From positions 32,001 to 96,000 of the forward strand of contig CAWAPJ010000010.1 of NCBI GenBank assembly GCA_963783885.1: a DNA stretch of 64,000 bases. The letters run 5' to 3'. The notes beneath the pieces are model-generated. The model did not search any database and had not been told where the DNA came from. It saw nothing but the letters and a program-made list of their open reading frames with translations. A program made the translations under genes and the position numbers. Of this stretch, positions 58,174 through 64,000 are shown piece after piece; the first letter of the stretch is position 1, and every line of letters starts with the position of its first letter. Source of the stretch: Waddliaceae bacterium (GTDB taxonomy: Bacteria; Chlamydiota; Chlamydiia; Chlamydiales; SLFE01).

Positions 58174-58583
58174 TGGAGGTGGAGAGAATCGAACTCTCGT
58201 CCTTAGCGAACGCCATAGTGACCACTACATGCTTAGTGCCCTGTGTCAGATCGGTCTTGCTGCAGGGCACCCCACTAAGGGACCGAACGGTTTCTAGCTT
58301 TCTCGAACAAGGCTCTTAGAAACCAACCGAACCGAGTTCATACCAAGTGAATGACGACAATCCAAAAACCCCTGGTCCAACTTAAGGTTGTCGGGCTACT
58401 TACTCAGTTAAGATTAAGCAGCAACTAGAGCCAAAGAATCGTCTGCTACTGGAGCAAAGTCGCCTTTGACTACTTTAGATTCATTTTTAGCATTTATAGC
58501 TTAGCCGGTTTTTTTAGGAGGCCAACCGACATCCTCCGCATGCAATCAATACTTGATTCCCAAGTCGAAACCAGTACACCCCC
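58174..58583 (-). ncRNA. ssrA: tmRNA
   Basis: 5' GGGGGTGTACTGGTTTCGAC and 3' GAGAGTTCGATTCTCTCCACCTCCA with a G3:U pair. Tag ORF 58414-58491 encodes AKNESKVVKGDFAPVADDSLALVAA*. Confidence 0.96.
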
Positions 58584-58686
58584 AAAAGGATAGTTGATCT
58601 TTATAGCTAAATTATACCACAGGGGCCAATTATCTGAAAAGTGCGGCTCTTCTCAATAATCTTGTAAACCGCTACATTGACAGCTT

Positions 58687-59073
58687 ATGTCGGGAGTCCT
58701 TTCAATAGCAAGCATTGGAGTCGGGGCCGTTTTAGGGGCGCTTTTGCGATGGGGGTGCGGCATGCTCATGAATCCGCTGTTCCCTACTCTGCCGCTAGGA
58801 ACTCTTTTTGTGAACCTGGCAGGCAGCTTTCTGATGGGAATGATGGTCCTCCTGGCGGCGGAACACACCTATTTTTCCTATGAAATGCGCCTTGCCATCA
58901 TTACGGGATTTTTAGGAAGCTTGACGACGTTTTCAACATTTTCAGCAGAAGCCTTCACTTTATTGCTTAGACATGAGTTTTTATGGTTTTTAGCGCTTGG
59001 ATGTTTGCATGCCGGCGGTTCTATAGCTATGGTTTTTGCCGGATATGCTTTGTGTAAATTAGTATTTCATTAG
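58687..59073 (+). CDS. crcB: Fluoride efflux channel CrcB/FluC
   Basis: GAVLGALLR, GTLFVN, TGFLGSLTTFSTF. Confidence 0.95.
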   Translation: MSGVLSIASIGVGAVLGALLRWGCGMLMNPLFPTLPLGTLFVNLAGSFLMGMMVLLAAEHTYFSYEMRLAIITGFLGSLTTFSTFSAEAFTLLLRHEFLWFLALGCLHAGGSIAMVFAGYALCKLVFH

Positions 59074-59080
59074 GAGTCAT

Positions 59081-59410
59081 ATGAAGGGAATTCAACTAAA
59101 ATTCTACATGCATGAGTTTAGAAAGCACAAAGGAATCCTTCTCTATGAATGGCTGATCGAAAAAGCCAAAGAGCTGGGGATTCACGGGGGGTCGGCATTT
59201 CGGGCTATCGCGGGGTTCGGCCGGCATGGAGTGGTGCATGAGGAATATTTCTTTGAACTGGCCTCGGATCTGCCTGTGGAAGTTGTCTTTATCATCAGCG
59301 AAGATGAGGCGGAGGCAATTTTTGAGGTTATTCGGAGCGAAAAACTGGACATTTTTTATGTGAAAATTCCGGTCGATTATGGAGTTTTGGGTAACTTTTC
59401 GGATAAGTAG
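59081..59410 (+). CDS. DUF190 (PII-like) protein
   Basis: LYEWL...GIHGGSAFRAIAGFG...LASDLPV; typical crcB partner. Confidence 0.9.
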   Translation: MKGIQLKFYMHEFRKHKGILLYEWLIEKAKELGIHGGSAFRAIAGFGRHGVVHEEYFFELASDLPVEVVFIISEDEAEAIFEVIRSEKLDIFYVKIPVDYGVLGNFSDK

Positions 59411-59961
59411 TCCAAAATGGCCTGTTTGCCTGTCATATTCTGGAAAAGAACGGCATCGTAGATCCAGTGGCCGCTCAGTGATGGGGTGCGTCCCGAGGGG
59501 AGCATGACCGCTTCCTTCAATTCCAAAATGAGCTCACGTTTTTCTGGAGTGAGCGCCTTTTTCAGCTTTTCCATGTATTTTCGGTTGGATGAGATCTCCT
59601 CATCGCTTAAGAACCAGATGTCGAATTTCCAGGGAAGCTTGTAATCGCCGACGGCAAGCTTGAGCTGGAGGTAGTCTCCCTGAGGAAGTTCGGGTCTTTT
59701 TTTATGAAAGTTTCTTTCGAACCTAACTACTTCGGCTTCCGGTATTTGAATGAAGTCATAGGCTAGTCCCGCGATGGCGGTGGCCGGATCAATCCCATCG
59801 TCCAATCCGACGATTAAGTCGACGTCATTCCAGGCCATAAGGTCGAGGGCTAAGCTGCCTGTGAGAGTGACTCTGCCGTATTGGGACAAGGCGGCGAGTA
59901 TGCCGAAGTCTTCAATGATTTGACTAGCCTCGTCTCTGAGTTTTTTTGCTTTGTTTGTCAT
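59377..59961 (-). CDS. Hypothetical protein, nucleotidyltransferase-fold-like
   Basis: TGSLALDLMAWNDVDL (GS...DxD) and WKFDIWF. Confidence 0.6.
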   Translation of the reverse strand: MTNKAKKLRDEASQIIEDFGILAALSQYGRVTLTGSLALDLMAWNDVDLIVGLDDGIDPATAIAGLAYDFIQIPEAEVVRFERNFHKKRPELPQGDYLQLKLAVGDYKLPWKFDIWFLSDEEISSNRKYMEKLKKALTPEKRELILELKEAVMLPSGRTPSLSGHWIYDAVLFQNMTGKQAILDYLSEKLPKTP

Positions 59962-60016
59962 GGATTTTTAACTTTTGTGTTACTATAATATCTATTTAAA
60001 TAAAAGGAATCCAGAA

Positions 60017-63000
60017 ATGTTTGATGAAGTGACTCAGGAATCTTTTGCCGAAAGGGAAAAAAAAGTTCTTGAATTTTGGAAAAGGGAAAAAATTTTTGAA
60101 AAATCTGTCGAAAATCGCCGGGACAATGAAACGTTCATTTTCTATGACGGGCCTCCCTTTGCGACGGGGCTGCCTCATTACGGCCACCTGCTGGCCGGCA
60201 CCATCAAAGATGTGATTCCACGCTACAAAACAATGAAAGGGTATTTTGTCCCCCGACGCTTCGGCTGGGACTGCCACGGCCTGCCCGTTGAGCAGGAGAT
60301 CGAGAAGGCTCATGGTCTTTCGGGGGCCAAGTCGATCGAGGAGTTCGGGATCGGCAATTTTAACGAAAAGTGCCGGGAGATCGTTCTCCGCTATTCCGAG
60401 GAGTGGAAAGATACTGTGCTCAGAATGGGGAGATGGATCGATTTCGATAACACCTACCGCACTATGGACAAGTCATTCATGGAGTCTGTCTGGTGGGTGT
60501 TCAAACAGCTCTATGACATGGGGCTTGTCTATGAAGGGTATAAAGTGATGCCGTTTTCGGCAAAATTGGGCACTCCGCTGTCGAATTTCGAGGCGGGTGA
60601 AAATTACAAAGAGATCGACGATCCTTCGCTAACAGTGAAATTCACTCTTGAAGATGATCCGAAGACATCGATTCTGGCATGGACGACAACTCCCTGGACG
60701 CTCGTTTCCAACCTGGGACTCATGGTCGGACCGGATGTCGATTATGTGAAAATTCACGACACGGTTGCTGATCAAAATTACATTTTGGCCAAAGAGCGGC
60801 TGGAGTCCTATTATGACGAGCCGGAAAATTTCACGATCATCCAAACCTTCAAAGGGAAAGAACTGGAGGGGCTTTCATACGAGCCGCTGTTTCCCTACTT
60901 TGCGGATCGGAAGAACAAGGGGGCGTTCCGGGTGATCCTGGAGGAAGAGGTGGCCACCAGTGAAGGTACGGGAATCGTCCATACGGCTCCGGCTTTCGGC
61001 GAGCTCGACTTTTACGCCTGCCAAAGAAACGGTATCGACCTCGTGTGTCCTGTGGACAGCAACGGCCAGTTTACTGAGGAAGTCCCGGAGTATGCCGGTC
61101 TTTTTGTCAAAGACGCCGACAAAGATATCATCAAAAGACTCAAACAAAAGTCCAAAGTTGTCCGCCACGAGACAATTCATCACCGCTATCCGTTTTGCTG
61201 GAGATCGGACACTCCTCTGATCTACAGGGCCATGACGACGTGGTTTGTTGCTGTGGAGAAAGTGAAGGACAAAATGATCAGCGCCAATGACAAGATTCAT
61301 TGGACGCCCGACTACATCAAACACGGCCGTTTCGGAAAATGGCTTGAGGGGGCCAGGGATTGGGCGATCAGCCGGAGCCGCTATTGGGGAACACCGATTC
61401 CCCTTTGGCGGTCGGAAGACGGCGACATCGTCGTCATTGGAAGCGTGAAAGAGCTTGAGGATCTGACCGGAATGGACATTCAGGACATCCACCGCCATTT
61501 TATCGACGATTTGACATTTACGAAAAACGGCAAGGTATACAAAAGAATCCCCGAAGTATTCGACTGCTGGTTTGAGTCGGGATCGATGCCTTATGCGCAA
61601 AATCACTACCCCTTCGAAAATCAGGACAGATTCGATCAGCTGTTTCCCGCCGACTTCATCGCGGAAGGGCTGGACCAGACGAGGGGCTGGTTTTATACGC
61701 TCACCGTTTTGGGAGCGGCCCTTTTTGATAGCGAAGCGTTCAAAAATGTGATCGTGAACGGAATCATCCTCGCCGAAGACGGCACCAAGATGTCCAAAAG
61801 GTTGAAAAATTATCCCGAGCCGACAGCCGTTATCGAAAAATACGGCGCCGACGCGATTCGGCTTTACATGCTCGACAGTCCGGCGGCTAAAGCCTCCGAC
61901 CTTTGTTTTTCCGAAAGGGGAGTGGAGCTTGAGCTTAGGCAGGTGTTGATCCCGCTTTGGAATGCTTACAGCTTCTTCATTACCTACGCCCGCATTTGCG
62001 ACTGGAAGCCCGACAAACAGTTCGAGCTTGAAACTCCGATGGATAAATGGATCGTGTCGATGCTGGGTAAGTTGATCCACGAGGTGGAAGAGGGACTGGA
62101 TGCTTATGATCTCACACGGGCCGTTAAACCTTTTGTCGGATTTATCAACGAGCTGACAAACTGGTACATCAGGAGAAGCCGCCGCCGTTTCTGGGAAGAA
62201 AAACCCACCGAGGACCGCGGGCAGGCTTTCGCGACGCTCTATTATGTTCTTGTGGAGCTGTCAAAAATCGCAGCGCCGTTTGTTCCCTATATCAGTGAGA
62301 TGATGTATACCAACCTTCGCAGCGACGATATGCCCGAATCGGTTCATCTTTGCCACTTTCCTAAGTACCGGGAAAACTGGCGGGATATTCATCTTGAGCA
62401 GGCCATGGCCGCTGTGCAAACGGTGGTCAGTTTGGGCCACTCGCTGAGAAAGGACAATAAACTCAAGGTCCGCCAGCCCCTTCCCACCGTGCATATCGCT
62501 TCTCCAAGCGAAAAGACGCTCGGCTTTTTAGAAGAGCAAAAACATCTGATTCTCGATGAATTGAATGTGAAAAACATTGAGTTTATCGGGGATGAAAAAG
62601 AGCTGGTGTCATTGAGCGCCAAGCCCAACTTCAAAGTTCTGGGAAAGGAAGTGGGCAAACTGATGCCGAAGGTTCAGAAGGCGATTCAGAGTCTTCCTCA
62701 AAAAGAGCTTGAGATGATTTTAAATGGCGGTCTTGTGAACCTGGAAATCGAAGGCGCCCAGCTCAAGCTCGGGTCAAATGAAGTTCTTGTCGACCGGACA
62801 GTCCGCGAAGGGCTCATTGCCGCTAATGAAGGGGTGATCACTGTCGCACTCGATACGGCATTGACTGAAGAACTCGAAATCGAAGGACTTGCCCGCGAGG
62901 TTGTCAATAAAGTGAACGCGATGCGCCGAGAAGGCGGGTTTGATGTGACAGACCGCATTCATCTCACTTTGCAAACCACCCCTAGGGTGCAGAAAAGCTT

Positions 63001-63133
63001 TGAAAAGCATGGCGATACTATCAAGCAGGAGGTTCTTGCCAAAACGGTGGCATTTTCCGAATGCGAGGGGACCGAGTGGGATCTAAATGGTGAAAAGACC
63101 GTCATAAAAATAGAAAAAGCTAATCTATCTTGA
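60017..63133 (+). CDS. ileS: Isoleucyl-tRNA synthetase (type 2)
   Basis: DGPPFATGLPHYGH, GWDCHGLP, WTTTPWT, KMSKR; start MFDEV after AAGGA. Confidence 0.97.
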   Translation: MFDEVTQESFAEREKKVLEFWKREKIFEKSVENRRDNETFIFYDGPPFATGLPHYGHLLAGTIKDVIPRYKTMKGYFVPRRFGWDCHGLPVEQEIEKAHGLSGAKSIEEFGIGNFNEKCREIVLRYSEEWKDTVLRMGRWIDFDNTYRTMDKSFMESVWWVFKQLYDMGLVYEGYKVMPFSAKLGTPLSNFEAGENYKEIDDPSLTVKFTLEDDPKTSILAWTTTPWTLVSNLGLMVGPDVDYVKIHDTVADQNYILAKERLESYYDEPENFTIIQTFKGKELEGLSYEPLFPYFADRKNKGAFRVILEEEVATSEGTGIVHTAPAFGELDFYACQRNGIDLVCPVDSNGQFTEEVPEYAGLFVKDADKDIIKRLKQKSKVVRHETIHHRYPFCWRSDTPLIYRAMTTWFVAVEKVKDKMISANDKIHWTPDYIKHGRFGKWLEGARDWAISRSRYWGTPIPLWRSEDGDIVVIGSVKELEDLTGMDIQDIHRHFIDDLTFTKNGKVYKRIPEVFDCWFESGSMPYAQNHYPFENQDRFDQLFPADFIAEGLDQTRGWFYTLTVLGAALFDSEAFKNVIVNGIILAEDGTKMSKRLKNYPEPTAVIEKYGADAIRLYMLDSPAAKASDLCFSERGVELELRQVLIPLWNAYSFFITYARICDWKPDKQFELETPMDKWIVSMLGKLIHEVEEGLDAYDLTRAVKPFVGFINELTNWYIRRSRRRFWEEKPTEDRGQAFATLYYVLVELSKIAAPFVPYISEMMYTNLRSDDMPESVHLCHFPKYRENWRDIHLEQAMAAVQTVVSLGHSLRKDNKLKVRQPLPTVHIASPSEKTLGFLEEQKHLILDELNVKNIEFIGDEKELVSLSAKPNFKVLGKEVGKLMPKVQKAIQSLPQKELEMILNGGLVNLEIEGAQLKLGSNEVLVDRTVREGLIAANEGVITVALDTALTEELEIEGLAREVVNKVNAMRREGGFDVTDRIHLTLQTTPRVQKSFEKHGDTIKQEVLAKTVAFSECEGTEWDLNGEKTVIKIEKANLS

Positions 63134-63998
63134 AGTTTTGACGCTCTGATGGATGGGTGATGATTTCAATTTCTTGGTCATATCCTTCTTGCTGAGAACG
63201 ACTATAAAGATTGGCTTTGACTTCTGGTACGGAAAGGCGGTCGCGGTTTCGCAGCATTCTTTTAAACCTCGATTGATGCATTTCCTGTTTCTTGGCTAAA
63301 ATTGTCGGAGCCAAAGTCACGACCGTTTGTATGTGGCTGCTTTCGATCGAAGTGTCATTGCGGAAAATCTTCATTAATTCAAGAAGCAGAAATATGGTTT
63401 TACCTGACCTGTCAACGGCATCTTTGCAGACAACAATGATGGTATTTGGCTTGTAGTATCTTTGACAAAGGAAGATAAAAAGAGAGTAAAAAATATCGAG
63501 AAAATCCCTTCTTTTCTGCCGGTCCAAACGCGATTCGTTAAAAAAGACATCATGGTGAATGTGATTAATAAGTTGAATCATCTCTTTTCGAAAATTCAGG
63601 TCTTTTTTAACCAACTCAGGGCAGTGATTGACCGGAGTGTTAAAAAATTGGTTGATGATTTCTTCTTTAAATTTTTCAGAATCATAAAGCCTCTTCCATT
63701 CCTTGGATTGGTGATAAAACCTCGAATCGTGGTCAATGGTAAAAAAATTGTCCGCCATGCCGACCCTTTCAAATCCTCTTTTGAGCGCTTCTGTCCGCGA
63801 GATTTCCGCCCGGGCTTCTATTTTTGGTTTGACGACATCTTCTGTGGAGCATTGAAGGTTGAAATACAGAACTTTATTTCCTGTATCATGCGAGTGGCGA
63901 AGATACGCTTGAAATTCTGGGGACATAATCGCTTGGCTTTCTTCGATTTCGGTATCGGAAAGACCAATAGTAGGTGTTCCTGTGCGTAAAAAACGGGT
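63120..63998 (-). CDS. Hypothetical protein with CX5R phosphatase motif, 5'-partial
   Basis: Frame open to the window edge (TRFLRTGTPTIG...MSPEF); VCKDAVDRSG. Confidence 0.65.
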   Translation of the reverse strand, partial: TRFLRTGTPTIGLSDTEIEESQAIMSPEFQAYLRHSHDTGNKVLYFNLQCSTEDVVKPKIEARAEISRTEALKRGFERVGMADNFFTIDHDSRFYHQSKEWKRLYDSEKFKEEIINQFFNTPVNHCPELVKKDLNFRKEMIQLINHIHHDVFFNESRLDRQKRRDFLDIFYSLFIFLCQRYYKPNTIIVVCKDAVDRSGKTIFLLLELMKIFRNDTSIESSHIQTVVTLAPTILAKKQEMHQSRFKRMLRNRDRLSVPEVKANLYSRSQQEGYDQEIEIITHPSERQNFKID

Positions 63999-64000
63999 TT

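Larger units (their letters stand above)
55771..58187. mobile_element. Integrase-less genomic islet at the ssrA 3' end
   Basis: 14-bp direct repeat TGGAGGTGGAGAGA at 55771-55784 and 58174-58187; AT-rich cargo. Confidence 0.7.

Noticed and set aside
58590-58690. Fluoride riboswitch upstream of crcB
   Set aside because: No GGCGATGG-type conserved core is recognisable.
60875-62080. Long antisense ORF (401 aa), and similar long shadow ORFs at 6463-7374, 8050-8997 and 22185-23198
   Set aside because: They overlap well-supported conserved genes and carry no motifs; they are codon-bias shadows.
60017-63133. Eukaryote-like type-2 IleRS as a novelty
   Set aside because: Already an established feature of Chlamydiae and many other bacteria.
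1-64000. CRISPR array, cas genes or rRNA
   Set aside because: No regularly spaced repeat-spacer array or rRNA-like sequence was seen. The only periodic repeat is the ankyrin coding repeat, and the RuvC protein is IS-associated TnpB.

Overview
Bacterial chromosomal window, most likely from an environmental member of the Chlamydiae (Parachlamydiales/Waddlia-like; inferred, not searched). The evidence is the chlamydial rsmH-ftsL-pbp3-murE-amiA order, a DUF648-type N-terminus, a long tmRNA tag and a type-2 IleRS. About 1-44 kb is mostly housekeeping: cell wall genes, gnd, cmk-cdsA-uppS-purA-lepA, a copper oxidase/TolC pair, pgm, mrp, rpsU-dnaJ, ftsK, comEC, msrB and 4 tRNAs. Candidate host-targeted proteins are interspersed: a DUF648-IQ-PRTase-like protein, a GlnD-type NTase-like protein, a pseudokinase and two LRR-like proteins. 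About 44.9-58.2 kb is a plastic region next to ssrA. It holds an intact IS605-type element (TnpA+TnpB, deducible TTTAT target motif), nested palindromic/IS4 remnants, an ankyrin protein with an AvrB-like Fido C-terminus, an IS3-derived miniature element and several pseudogenes. It also holds a 2.4-kb integrase-less islet bounded by a 14-bp duplication of the tmRNA 3' end that carries a toxin-antitoxin pair. The window ends with crcB, DUF190, ileS and a partial CX5R phosphatase-like gene. No CRISPR array or rRNA was seen. All family assignments come from motif recognition by eye.
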